From: an uncultured virus (IMG/VR IMGVR_UViG_3300030380_002211)
Taxonomy: Duplodnaviria; Heunggongvirae; Uroviricota; Caudoviricetes
Length of the DNA stretch: 64,000 bases
IMG/VR virus record: IMGVR_UViG_3300030380_002211
Reading direction: 5' to 3' (one strand)
This document shows positions 19,557-28,345 of the stretch, one piece after another. How positions within the stretch are numbered: the stretch's first letter is position 1; each line of letters begins with the position of its first letter. Both the position numbers and the translations under genes were made by a program. The notes beneath the pieces were generated by a model. The model was not told where the DNA came from, made no database searches, and saw only the letters and a program-made list of their open reading frames with translations.

Positions 19557-19838
19557 TTAATCTTTTCTTGCATCTTCTTTGCCTTCGGCTCTAGATATTC
19601 TCTCCTCGTCTGGTTTCAATTTTAAGGCATGAGATATAAGTAAATCTATTTTTATCATCTCATTATTCATAGTCTTAATTCTGTTATCTAGTGACATAAT
19701 AATACCATGAATACCTTTAACTTGACCCACGACAGATTCTAGTATATACTTCAAAATCATGTATATGAAGATGCCCATAACGCCAGATGCCGCTACTGGT
19801 AGACCGAATTTTACTAATAGTTCAAAGAATAAGTTCAT
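19557..19838 (-). CDS. membrane-anchored coiled-coil protein
   Basis: N-terminal TM, LDNRIKTMNNEMIKID; GATAAATA promoter 5 nt upstream. Confidence 0.75.
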   Translation of the reverse strand: MNLFFELLVKFGLPVAASGVMGIFIYMILKYILESVVGQVKGIHGIIMSLDNRIKTMNNEMIKIDLLISHALKLKPDEERISRAEGKEDARKD

Positions 19839-19891
19839 GCTACTATTTATCTATTTGAGAAGTCAAAATTCTGACTATTATCAGCATTTTA

Positions 19892-19935
19892 AGAGTGGAA
19901 TAATGCTTGACATTACTACTCAATTCCGTTATTAT
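19892..19935 (+). promoter_or_regulatory. sigma70-type early promoter with 22-bp repeated upstream element
   Basis: AGAGTGGAATAATGCTTGACAT; TTGACA-N17-TATTAT. Confidence 0.75.
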
Positions 19936-19979
19936 AATAGTATGAGTGATTCAATAACATATAATGAAAGTGAGTAAAA

Positions 19980-20204
19980 ATGAGTGACACTATGTACAAT
20001 AATGACGACTTAAAATCAGAGATTGATGATGTATACGTCAAAGTAGACGATATCGCCGTCTCAGCGTCTAAAATAGACGTTCAAATGAACATTCTAGTAG
20101 ATACTTTAAAGAAGATGCAAGTTCAACTGAACGTTCTTCAGAGTGATAATAAGACGTTAAATGCGAAATTAGACTCTATTGAACAAGATATTTTGTTGAC
20201 ATAG
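19980..20204 (+). CDS. hypothetical coiled-coil protein
   Basis: ORF downstream of early promoter; heptad pattern. Confidence 0.65.
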   Translation: MSDTMYNNDDLKSEIDDVYVKVDDIAVSASKIDVQMNILVDTLKKMQVQLNVLQSDNKTLNAKLDSIEQDILLT

Positions 20205-20246
20205 AGTGGAATAATGCTTGACATGTATGCCAATATGTCATATAAT
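20203..20246 (+). promoter_or_regulatory. sigma70-type early promoter
   Basis: Identical 22-bp AGAGTGGAATAATGCTTGACAT; perfect TTGACA-N17-TATAAT. Confidence 0.85.
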
Positions 20247-20278
20247 ATACTTATATTAACAAAAACAAAGGTTACATT

Positions 20279-20653
20279 ATGATACAAAACAATGAAAAAT
20301 TTAACAATCTAGATGATGCAATTGCTAATCTAATCAAGAAGGCCAACGAAGACTACTGTGATAGGTCTTATAAGTCAGAAGATGCAGTTCCAGAACATGT
20401 GTTGAAAATGCAAGACGAGTTCACTAATGGTTGGACTGTCGAAAAAGGTAGGGCATATATCTCGATATACAAAACCCTAGGTGTTCAAAAATCTATATGG
20501 GGTGGTATTGTCGCTACTGATAATCATAAGAAGTTCAAAAAAGGTGATGTTCTTATGGCAAACGGATTCAAATCTTTCGCCCAAAATGCGGCCAGAGGAA
20601 ACGTACTTGAAGGTGGTTTCGGAGTACAATGGACTGGTGCTAATTATCTGTAA
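20279..20653 (+). CDS. conserved phage early hypothetical protein
   Basis: KKGDVLMA.G....A.N.ARGN..WTG.NYL motif seen in many phage early proteins. Confidence 0.75.
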   Translation: MIQNNEKFNNLDDAIANLIKKANEDYCDRSYKSEDAVPEHVLKMQDEFTNGWTVEKGRAYISIYKTLGVQKSIWGGIVATDNHKKFKKGDVLMANGFKSFAQNAARGNVLEGGFGVQWTGANYL

Positions 20654-21014
20654 ATCAAACGACAGACCGGTTTGTTTAAACCTTAATTGTGAGTCATTTT
20701 GTACCCATAGTGGTACAAGATGGCGACCTTTTTGTGCAAGATGTCATAAAGCAGGTTATGGTAATGGCACTCTTAAAGAAGGAGTTGTTGCATTTAAAAC
20801 TGGTAAATGTAGTAACTCTGATGGTCATTTAGGATTTAATTGTCCTATGGATTATGACAAAGCACCTTGGGCAATAGGACTAACACAAATAGACCACAAA
20901 GATGGCAACTACTACAATAATACTGTAGACAATTGTGACGAATTATGCGAAACTTGTCACAAGAATAAAGGCCGTATCAACGGCGACTTCAAATTTCAAA
21001 ACAAATATACCTAA
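20637..21014 (+). CDS. HNH endonuclease with Zn-finger (start uncertain)
   Basis: CxxC pairs, QIDHKDGN..NN..DN...LCETCH. Confidence 0.8.
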   Translation: MLIICKSNDRPVCLNLNCESFCTHSGTRWRPFCARCHKAGYGNGTLKEGVVAFKTGKCSNSDGHLGFNCPMDYDKAPWAIGLTQIDHKDGNYYNNTVDNCDELCETCHKNKGRINGDFKFQNKYT

Positions 21015-21039
21015 AAAAAAAGGGGCGCCGAAACGCCCC
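21013..21039 (-). terminator. rho-independent terminator after gp32
   Basis: GGGGCG-N6-CGCCCC hairpin followed by a U9 tract on the minus strand, between convergent genes. Confidence 0.85.
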
Positions 21040-21068
21040 AATCAATTTCAATGAAACAGGTGGAGAGA

Positions 21069-21989
21069 TTAATCTTCTTCTGCTAATTTTGAAAAGTAAT
21101 CAAGTGTTTCATCACCATCATCCTCTTCAGTAACATCTGTAACCGAAGTAGAAGCATCTACTGTTTCATTTACAACTGGTTTAGAAGCTGTTGGTGTCGT
21201 AGGTGGGTCCATAACATCTTCAGCAGTACCAGTATTTCTAACGCCACTTAAAACTTTATCAAGTTTTGCTTTTAGCTCATCATATGACTTAAAGTTTTCA
21301 GGTGCCAGAAATGGTTTTAGTGGATATTGTTTATTCCACAATTCTTCTATAGCCTCATCATTCTCTTTAATAGTAGATGGACTATCAAACTCTGATTTAT
21401 CATAATTCCAGTAACCATCAACTTTTCTGATTTTCAGTTTAAAGTTTGCACCTTCCCAGAAATCAAATGGGTTGATAGGTTTTTCATCTTCAAATTCAGG
21501 TTTCATCGCTTCAGTAATCTTATCAAAAATCTTCTTACCGAATTTAAATAGTTTTACTTGACCTTCATTTTCAGGATGCTTAGAATCACTAACAATTAAA
21601 ACATTCGCAATATAAGATAACTTACGTTTTCTTTTTCTTGCAATTTCCTTGTCTGCCTCAACACCAGAATTCCATAGTAAACTATTTGATTCACTAACTG
21701 GATCCTTTTTGTTAAGTGTTGTTAAACTGTTTTCAATAAACCAGCCACCAGGACCTTGAAACGCATGAGACCATAATCTTGCCCATGGTAAATCTTCGTC
21801 TTTAACTGCTGGTAAAAATCTTAATACAGCATAACCATTACCAGATTTATCTAGTTCTGGTTTCCAGAATCTATCATCTTGATATGAGTTTGATTGTTGT
21901 TTTTGAGGTTCAGCAACTTTGTTAAGTTCGCCTATGAGGGTGTCTAGATTAGACTTTGACCTTTTTAGGGCCGCAATACTTGTATTCAT
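21069..21989 (-). CDS. gp32: single-stranded DNA-binding protein gp32
   Basis: DDRFWKP..DKSGNGYAVLRFLP, HAFQGPGGWFIENSLTT, FDFWEGANFKLKI, acidic tail; AGGAG RBS before ATG 21989. Confidence 0.97.
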   Translation of the reverse strand: MNTSIAALKRSKSNLDTLIGELNKVAEPQKQQSNSYQDDRFWKPELDKSGNGYAVLRFLPAVKDEDLPWARLWSHAFQGPGGWFIENSLTTLNKKDPVSESNSLLWNSGVEADKEIARKRKRKLSYIANVLIVSDSKHPENEGQVKLFKFGKKIFDKITEAMKPEFEDEKPINPFDFWEGANFKLKIRKVDGYWNYDKSEFDSPSTIKENDEAIEELWNKQYPLKPFLAPENFKSYDELKAKLDKVLSGVRNTGTAEDVMDPPTTPTASKPVVNETVDASTSVTDVTEEDDGDETLDYFSKLAEED

Positions 21990-22079
21990 ATTATCTCCTA
22001 TGTATGTATGATTGTATTTGTATGTGTCTGTATAAGTCGACATTATTATTTATATGAAATTTTACTTGCATATGACACT

Positions 22080-22110
22080 ATTATAACAGAAAATCTGACT
22101 CTTGTCAAGC
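22080..22110 (-). promoter_or_regulatory. sigma70-type promoter GCTTGACA-N17-TATAAT
   Basis: Perfect consensus upstream of gp32. Confidence 0.8.
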
Positions 22111-22356
22111 ATCTTTAGCCAACTTTATTTGTTCCATTATTTCTTCTTCGGTACATAGATATGCACCACTATATGGAAAAGCTACACCTTGAGATGTGCA
22201 ATATCTTCCTTGTGAGGACTTATATGCAAAATCAACATCTGGCATTTTTACCCAAGTTTCACCTGTGATATGATTATCATTCTGTCTTTGTTTCTCTTTT
22301 AGACTTATATGTTTACCATTCCATTTGTAACCACCTGCATCACCACCACCTGCCAT
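22105..22356 (-). CDS. hypothetical protein
   Basis: Coupled to upstream ORF (TAATG). Confidence 0.6.
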   Translation of the reverse strand: MAGGGDAGGYKWNGKHISLKEKQRQNDNHITGETWVKMPDVDFAYKSSQGRYCTSQGVAFPYSGAYLCTEEEIMEQIKLAKDA

Positions 22357-22868
22357 TACGCCTCCTCATCTAATTTATCTAATTCTTCTTGTGTAATTAC
22401 TGGATATCTTTTGCCTTCTGGTGTAATATGAAAGCGTTTAGCTTCTATAAATCGTCTATCGTCTATCTCAACTGTTTCTTTGTATACATTATCTAACTCT
22501 TGTTCGCCTTGCCACATTAGTTTATAACCAAGTTCTTTTGTATCTTCACAAAACTCTAACAGTTTACAAAACTCATTTTTAAAATCTGTATCTGCGTGAC
22601 TTCTTTCATGTTCTTCAAAAGATGTCCAGTATGTAATAATTGCAATGTGATTACCTTCGGCCCCATAATCACCAACTGAACCTTCTGCACTCACAAAACC
22701 AGCATACTCAAAAACTTGACCAGCAAGAAACCCTTTGTATTTGTTTTTTACTATGTTACACATTGTACCTAGATGTTCTTCAACGTCTGTTAGTGTAACA
22801 CCTTCTTTTAACTTTGCTACGTTGTATAACATAACACTATTAAAAGGTACTTTTATATCTCCGAACAC
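22356..22868 (-). CDS. dimeric alpha+beta barrel protein resembling the sulfur oxygenase reductase iron-site segment
   Basis: TYWTSFEEHERSH (HxxxH) followed by two Cys and a Glu; GGAGG RBS. Confidence 0.5.
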   Translation of the reverse strand: MFGDIKVPFNSVMLYNVAKLKEGVTLTDVEEHLGTMCNIVKNKYKGFLAGQVFEYAGFVSAEGSVGDYGAEGNHIAIITYWTSFEEHERSHADTDFKNEFCKLLEFCEDTKELGYKLMWQGEQELDNVYKETVEIDDRRFIEAKRFHITPEGKRYPVITQEELDKLDEEA

Positions 22869-22876
22869 ATAACCTC

Positions 22877-23515
22877 CTATTTTACTTTTACCATTGCCTT
22901 AGGTAATAAATCACAATTATATGATAACGTTCTTCTCACTTGGTCTGTACCACTAAATGGATAAACAAGATGCACTAGTGTATATGGAAATATAAAGAAA
23001 TCACCAACTTTAGGATTTACTCTAAGTTGTGATATCGCCAGTGAATGTTGAGCACCACCTATAAAATCTAAATGTCCATTTGATGGAGTTCCAGGATTAA
23101 CTATTTCTTCACCATATGTATCAGGTGTTTTTAAAAATAATACAGACGAAAGACCTACATCTGAATTTTGACCAGTATGAAAATGAGCAGGATTATATTC
23201 ACCTGCATACATATCATTTATCCAAACATTGTCTAAAATTGTTTGATGTGTTTTTCTTATTACTAAACCTGACCTGTTTAGATATTCTTGAAAGCACATT
23301 TGAAAAGTGCCTTTTAATTTATCAGTCATTAAATGATTAACTAAGTTTTCTTCTTTAATTTTACCTGCAAGTTTTTCAGTCCAGTCTAGTGTATTCTTTT
23401 TATTCTCGTCATAGATATTATTAATCTCGTCAATAAATGCCATAGGCATTGCCATCTTGACAACTATTTCTCCTAATGTATTTACTTGTACTCTTACTTG
23501 TTTATCATCTATCAT
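22877..23515 (-). CDS. 2OG-Fe(II) oxygenase
   Basis: WIN..GEYNPAHFH, LSSVLFL, FFIFPYTLVHLVYPF, RRTLSYN. Confidence 0.85.
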   Translation of the reverse strand: MIDDKQVRVQVNTLGEIVVKMAMPMAFIDEINNIYDENKKNTLDWTEKLAGKIKEENLVNHLMTDKLKGTFQMCFQEYLNRSGLVIRKTHQTILDNVWINDMYAGEYNPAHFHTGQNSDVGLSSVLFLKTPDTYGEEIVNPGTPSNGHLDFIGGAQHSLAISQLRVNPKVGDFFIFPYTLVHLVYPFSGTDQVRRTLSYNCDLLPKAMVKVK

Positions 23516-24114
23516 TTGTTTATCCTTCTTAATTTATCTACTATGGTTGCTTTAGTTTCTGCAACACCAAGATGATGAAACCAACCTGTAATAATATATT
23601 TTTCATGTTGAGAAATAATACCTCTATGAGTATGTGTGAAATCTGTAGGCCATAATAAAGTTAAGCCTTTTTGTGCTTTTATTTTCAAGTCTGGATAATA
23701 TGCAAATTCTGTTCCTCCGCCATCAGGTACATCATTTAAATATGTCATGAAAACTAAAGCTCTTTGATTTAATTGATACTCAGGTCTTTCATTATGCCAA
23801 CTTCTATATCCCTGTCCAGGGCCGTAGTGTTGTATATTGAAACCTTCTTGAATACATAACTCAGGATTAAAGTGTTCATACTTTTCATGATATGCCTTTA
23901 ACCCACTTACAAGATAACCTGTGTAATCTTTAATATATTTATTGTTAGATACAAACTGAACATTGACATCGGTTGACGTTTTAGTTGTTGCATCATGAGT
24001 GACCTGTTCACTTTTATATTTGTATTCGCTATTGTTTTTATGATAGTCAATAAGACCATCTAGTAACTCTTCATTTTTTATTTCAAATGCTAATATAAAG
24101 TTTTCTTTACTCAT
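23512..24114 (-). CDS. 2OG-Fe(II) oxygenase (prolyl-4-hydroxylase-like)
   Basis: FNIQHYGPGQGY..WH.E, MTYLNDV..GG.TEF, FTHTHRG, KYIITGW. Confidence 0.9.
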   Translation of the reverse strand: MSKENFILAFEIKNEELLDGLIDYHKNNSEYKYKSEQVTHDATTKTSTDVNVQFVSNNKYIKDYTGYLVSGLKAYHEKYEHFNPELCIQEGFNIQHYGPGQGYRSWHNERPEYQLNQRALVFMTYLNDVPDGGGTEFAYYPDLKIKAQKGLTLLWPTDFTHTHRGIISQHEKYIITGWFHHLGVAETKATIVDKLRRINK

Positions 24115-24724
24115 GTTCTTTAATTTTATTTCTCAATGATATTTTATACTTTGTAATATTGTATGATAAAAAAGGTTTGTATCTTTTCATTCTATCGAAT
24201 AGTTTAGGCCACAATACTTGTTCTGTAATATCTTTGTTTAGTCTTTTTGTAAATCTTAATATATCATCAAGTATTATTAATGTTTCAAAGTTTATCTTTT
24301 TTGATAAAAACATTTTTACAATAATTGGGTGTTGACCATCTGGTGATAAAAACAAATCATTAAACTTTATATCTTTTGTTGTCATTCTCTCTATAATATA
24401 ATCAATGTCTTGTTCATAATAATAATGTAGTGCTTCTATTTTTTTCGACCATTGTTTGTATACTTCATCACCAGATTTGCCAATGATGTCACCAACCCAT
24501 ATGTTAGTATTAGAGACAAAATTACTAAGGAAGTAATCAACAATAGACTTATCATTATAAGATTTAGAAAGCTTATGAAAGAAATATCTATCCCTTCTTT
24601 TAGTAAATGTTTCCAATCTTGCAGTCGTTCTGCCGTTGTGTTTATGAAAGTCGTAAGATTGTTTTTTACTCGTGAAGTGGAGTTTGATTGCCAGATAGAC
24701 TTTATAAACTTCGAAACCATTCAC
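24107..24724 (-). CDS. gp59: helicase loader gp59
   Basis: VYKVYLAIKLHF..YDF.K..G, F.KRRDRYFFHKL, HPII, ETL.ILD, KYKPFL-like end. Confidence 0.9.
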   Translation of the reverse strand: MNGFEVYKVYLAIKLHFTSKKQSYDFHKHNGRTTARLETFTKRRDRYFFHKLSKSYNDKSIVDYFLSNFVSNTNIWVGDIIGKSGDEVYKQWSKKIEALHYYYEQDIDYIIERMTTKDIKFNDLFLSPDGQHPIIVKMFLSKKINFETLIILDDILRFTKRLNKDITEQVLWPKLFDRMKRYKPFLSYNITKYKISLRNKIKEHE

Positions 24725-24867
24725 TATCTCCTCGCTCTATATAATTTGTATTTTAGTTTTGCTTTTTGTACCATGTGTTCTATAACGCCAAAATGCCAAG
24801 CAAACATTATGTCTATGATAAGCATACCTAATATTATTCCTATAAAAAACTCAAGCATATGGTCTCC

Positions 24868-25089
24868 TTATATTGGTAATTGTGCTTCTTTTTCTTTAAG
24901 CATATTCATTTGTTGTGCCTCAAACTTTATCTTTTCTTTGAGACTCTTGTTAATCATTGACTTTATTCCTGAAGGGTCTATATGATGTTCTGCACAATAC
25001 ATAACGACAGCATCCATATAACTAACTCTTTTCTTTTTTACCATATCTTCAATAAGTAAAGCAAATTTATTTGGTGTGATTGTACTCAT
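24868..25089 (-). CDS. gp33: late transcription coactivator gp33
   Basis: F...IE.MV...SYMDAVV.YC....ID....LKEKIKFEA..LPI. Confidence 0.88.
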   Translation of the reverse strand: MSTITPNKFALLIEDMVKKKRVSYMDAVVMYCAEHHIDPSGIKSMINKSLKEKIKFEAQQMNMLKEKEAQLPI

Positions 25090-25145
25090 TTGTAATCCTA
25101 TCATGTAGATTCATCATTATAACAAGTTGTTGACTTGATGTCAAG

Positions 25146-25685
25146 CTAATCTTGTGTAATATCAGATTGTATGAAATCAGATTTGAAATTAATTTCGAAA
25201 CCATTCTTATCAAAAAACTTCCAGTTCATACCATAACCTAATACACAAGTTATACTTTCGTAATTCATTCCGCCATCTGGTATTGTCATAAAAAAGGTAC
25301 CAGTATTATTATTTGGGTTGTGACCAAAAGATAAGAAGCCTCGAACTTCACTTTCTGGCGAACCATTTGTTCTTACTTCGCCTACTAATATTTGTTTTTC
25401 TCCTAGCATTGTAGAAGTATCAAATGCATAACCAGTATCACCACAAAAAACAGGTATCATTTCTCTTACCATTTGAGTGTTATATCTTGGTGTAGGTTCT
25501 GATTCACCTATTTCAGGATTGTTTGTAAGTTGACCGACAGGACCAAAAGAATGATGAGCCTGCCCATTTGTAATCATAAACAAAGATAATAATATTACAG
25601 ATATAAAACCCATTAATATCCAAAAGTATATATTAGTAAAGTAGATACTTAATATAAACATCCATCTTTTAAGTATTTGCTTCAT
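25146..25685 (-). CDS. hypothetical secreted/membrane protein
   Basis: Hydrophobic N-terminus, PVFCG...CVLGYG. Confidence 0.65.
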   Translation of the reverse strand: MKQILKRWMFILSIYFTNIYFWILMGFISVILLSLFMITNGQAHHSFGPVGQLTNNPEIGESEPTPRYNTQMVREMIPVFCGDTGYAFDTSTMLGEKQILVGEVRTNGSPESEVRGFLSFGHNPNNNTGTFFMTIPDGGMNYESITCVLGYGMNWKFFDKNGFEINFKSDFIQSDITQD

Positions 25686-26370
25686 TAAACTCCTTTATTG
25701 CTGTTTTTAATAAAGGTAAGTAATCTTGTTTTGATTTTGTAAATGTTTGTATACCGCCATTTTCAGTAACTACAAGAATTACAACTTTATCTATTGGTTG
25801 ATTAAATCTTTCTTCGTACATTTCACAATAAGCAGAACCTTGAATAAAATAGTTTTCTATCCATTCTTCTTTCTTTTCTTTAGTAGAAGTTTTAAAATCT
25901 ATTACAGATAGTTCACCTTTGTAATCAGCAATACAATCAACACGACCTGCAACGCCGTAGGAGTCGCTGTATAGACCGCCCTCTTGTAATCTGATATTAC
26001 TTATGTTATCTAACTCAGGTTTGAGTATAGTGAATAGTGCTGTTGGTAAAACATCTTGATTAGATAGTTCGTCATTATTTAAATAGTCTTCGACTAATTG
26101 GTGTACAGCAGTACCTCTTTTAGCAGCTGTTCTCATTATCTGATTTGCAACATCATTACCAACTGACTCACGCCATCTGACTAGACCTTCATTGTTTCTA
26201 CCCGATAGAACAGTTGTAATCGAAGGATACTTTTTACCCTCTGGAGTAACATAGTATCTTTTTCTATTGATTGTCTCAGTATGTATTTCTGGTAATTGAG
26301 TTTCGAGCGGGATATGAGTAAACGTTTTCATATCATATTTTTCGTTTAGAAAGGCGTTCATTTTATTCAT
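25669..26370 (-). CDS. PD-(D/E)XK exonuclease (Cas4/RecB-like)
   Basis: YPSITTVL, RGTAVH, AGRVDCI, IDFKTS, YFIQ.SAY. Confidence 0.9.
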   Translation of the reverse strand: MNKMNAFLNEKYDMKTFTHIPLETQLPEIHTETINRKRYYVTPEGKKYPSITTVLSGRNNEGLVRWRESVGNDVANQIMRTAAKRGTAVHQLVEDYLNNDELSNQDVLPTALFTILKPELDNISNIRLQEGGLYSDSYGVAGRVDCIADYKGELSVIDFKTSTKEKKEEWIENYFIQGSAYCEMYEERFNQPIDKVVILVVTENGGIQTFTKSKQDYLPLLKTAIKEFNEANT

Positions 26371-26419
26371 TATAATTCCTGTTTATTTAACTTACTGTTG
26401 ATATATTATAACAGGTTTA

Positions 26420-26929
26420 TTAGATAATGTCAAGCGCTAATTTTGTAGTTTCATCAACTCGTCTAGTCCAACCTCTACCGAAAGTATCAAAGGTTTTCAA
26501 TTCAGTATAATATCTTTGTCTCATTTCTTGATACTTGTTTACGGCTTCGTGTTCGCCATTTTCTCTGATATATTCTTCTACTTTTGCCAAAGTATTAGGA
26601 CCAATACCACCATCAACTTTAGTGCCAATCATTGATTGTAAAAACTTAGCTGCACGAGCAGGTCCTGCATTTACACCAAAATCAAAAACACAAAGGTCTA
26701 GACCGCCAGGTAAATCGTCACCTTTTATTCTATCCCAATAACCTTTCTTGTATATTGGTGCAACATCTTCGACTACTAAATCTTTCATGTCTTTAGTACC
26801 ACCATGTTCTTGATACACTCTTTTTGTAACACCTAGGTTTGTTTCGCCACCTGGGTCTTTAGGGTGATTTACATAACCACCTTCATGGTGTAAGATTGTT
26901 TCTAAACACTTATCATAATTACTCTTCAT
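26420..26929 (-). CDS. endolysin, glycoside hydrolase family 108
   Basis: HEGGYVNHPKDPGGETNLGVT, FDFGVNAG, DG.IGPNT, FGRGWTRR. Confidence 0.92.
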   Translation of the reverse strand: MKSNYDKCLETILHHEGGYVNHPKDPGGETNLGVTKRVYQEHGGTKDMKDLVVEDVAPIYKKGYWDRIKGDDLPGGLDLCVFDFGVNAGPARAAKFLQSMIGTKVDGGIGPNTLAKVEEYIRENGEHEAVNKYQEMRQRYYTELKTFDTFGRGWTRRVDETTKLALDII

Positions 26930-27390
26930 TATTTTCCCCTTGTTATTGCTATAATCTTTTTAACTTGAGCTTCAATTACTTGACCTCTGTTAGGCCAATG
27001 TATATATGCTTCTGGTGATTTTGCCAATTTAACTAGTAGAGGTATGATAAGTTTTTCTAATTGAGCGAACTTTTCTTTTTGTTCTTTGCCTAAACTATCC
27101 TTTCTCAAATCATATTCATCATCCATTTGTTTTTTAGCAATCTCTAATTCAGTTTGATTCTTTTCATTTACTGCTGATTTAGTAGAACTAATTAAAGATA
27201 TAACTCTATCTAGTTTAGTATCTAATTTACCTACTATATCGCTAGAGACCGCCTTAGCAGTACTATCTGCTGTTTGTTTTACTACTGTTTCTGTTTGTTT
27301 AGATTGTTCTTCTGATGGTTTTTCTTTGACTGAAGTAAAACCCCAATCGCCGTCACCTTCAAATCCGTCTAAAAAGTCAAAGTTTGCCAT
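26929..27390 (-). CDS. conserved T4-like hypothetical protein
   Basis: DWGFT..., LE.LI.PLL..L.K.PE.YIHWPNR; AAGGA RBS before ATG 27390. Confidence 0.75.
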   Translation of the reverse strand: MANFDFLDGFEGDGDWGFTSVKEKPSEEQSKQTETVVKQTADSTAKAVSSDIVGKLDTKLDRVISLISSTKSAVNEKNQTELEIAKKQMDDEYDLRKDSLGKEQKEKFAQLEKLIIPLLVKLAKSPEAYIHWPNRGQVIEAQVKKIIAITRGK

Positions 27391-27518
27391 ATGTATTTCC
27401 TTTAATTGTAATGCGTAGCTACACACACGTCCGATACATTATCGGAGTGACCACTAAACTTCGTATCCATTGCTGGGGTGTTGTAGTTTCTCGATAGTAT
27501 CATTTATATTTATCGTAC

Positions 27519-27827
27519 CTAATCTTTAGACTTTCGGTTTCTATGTTTTTCTAACACATTTTTAGTCTGAGTTTCTTTTACACTTCTTTTACCATATCGT
27601 TCAGCAAGTGGACTACTAGGGTGTGCTTCTGAAACTTTAGACATTACTTCTTTCCAACCGTTATCAGTTTTACCGTCAATACTGCCAACACTCGATACAA
27701 TGTTCATCTGAGTCGGTGTCATTAGTTTTATATTCTTATCATCTTTGAGTTTTTCCATATCTGAGATAGACATAAAGTCCTCGTAGATTTTACCTGTTTT
27801 TAAGTTTTTTAGTCTATATGTTGGCAT
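27519..27827 (-). CDS. FmdB-like regulatory protein (T4-like)
   Basis: MPTY.L....TG...E.FMS, GWKEV.SKV...HP; lacks Zn-ribbon Cys. Confidence 0.7.
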   Translation of the reverse strand: MPTYRLKNLKTGKIYEDFMSISDMEKLKDDKNIKLMTPTQMNIVSSVGSIDGKTDNGWKEVMSKVSEAHPSSPLAERYGKRSVKETQTKNVLEKHRNRKSKD

Positions 27828-27844
27828 TTGTATGTATTTCTCCT

Positions 27845-27916
27845 AATTTGCCGTCTCATAGCCGCCCGCTAGGCGGCGTTAAGAGGTGTTCGTGTATCAT
27901 TGTACCCCCTTAATTT
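27845..27916 (-). repeat. dispersed GC-rich element, copy 2 (inverted)
   Basis: Reverse complement AAATTAAGGGGGTACAATGATACACGAACACCTCTTAACGCCGCCTAGCGGGCGGCTATGAGACGGCAAATT. Confidence 0.92.
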
Positions 27917-28030
27917 GATACTTTTTCGTTAGCATTTCGACTGCAAACTTTAGTTCATCATTCCAAGGGTTGTTTGGTATTTGCATCTCACTTAGAAGCC
28001 AAACTAGATAATCTTTTTCCATATCTGACA

Positions 28031-28339
28031 TTAAACGCAACCTGTAGGTTTTGGTAGACCACCATACTTTGCAATCTTCTTCATAGGTCCTGATTGAAAG
28101 ACTTCATATAATTTACTTGCCTTTCTATCCATACCAAACTCTTTTGCAAAATTACGAACAGCAGGAACTGTTCCTGTTTCGTTATACATTGCTCTTGCTT
28201 TATCTATGTAAGATTTAATTTCATTTGTAATAACAAAATTATCTTCATCTGCCATTTCCATCATAACGGATTCTGACCAATCATCTATATTGATAAGAAA
28301 ACCATCGCCATCTCTATTTAAATCCATAATATACCTCAT
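28031..28339 (-). CDS. tusE: TusE/DsrC family sulfur relay protein (single C-terminal Cys)
   Basis: D.DGFL....DWS, P.VR, LY..F..GP, GLPKPTGCV C-terminus. Confidence 0.92.
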   Translation of the reverse strand: MRYIMDLNRDGDGFLINIDDWSESVMMEMADEDNFVITNEIKSYIDKARAMYNETGTVPAVRNFAKEFGMDRKASKLYEVFQSGPMKKIAKYGGLPKPTGCV

Positions 28340-28345
28340 GTTGTT

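Noticed and set aside
25669..26370. Cas4-like nuclease as evidence of a CRISPR system
   Set aside because: A standard T4-like exonuclease; no array or other cas genes in the window.
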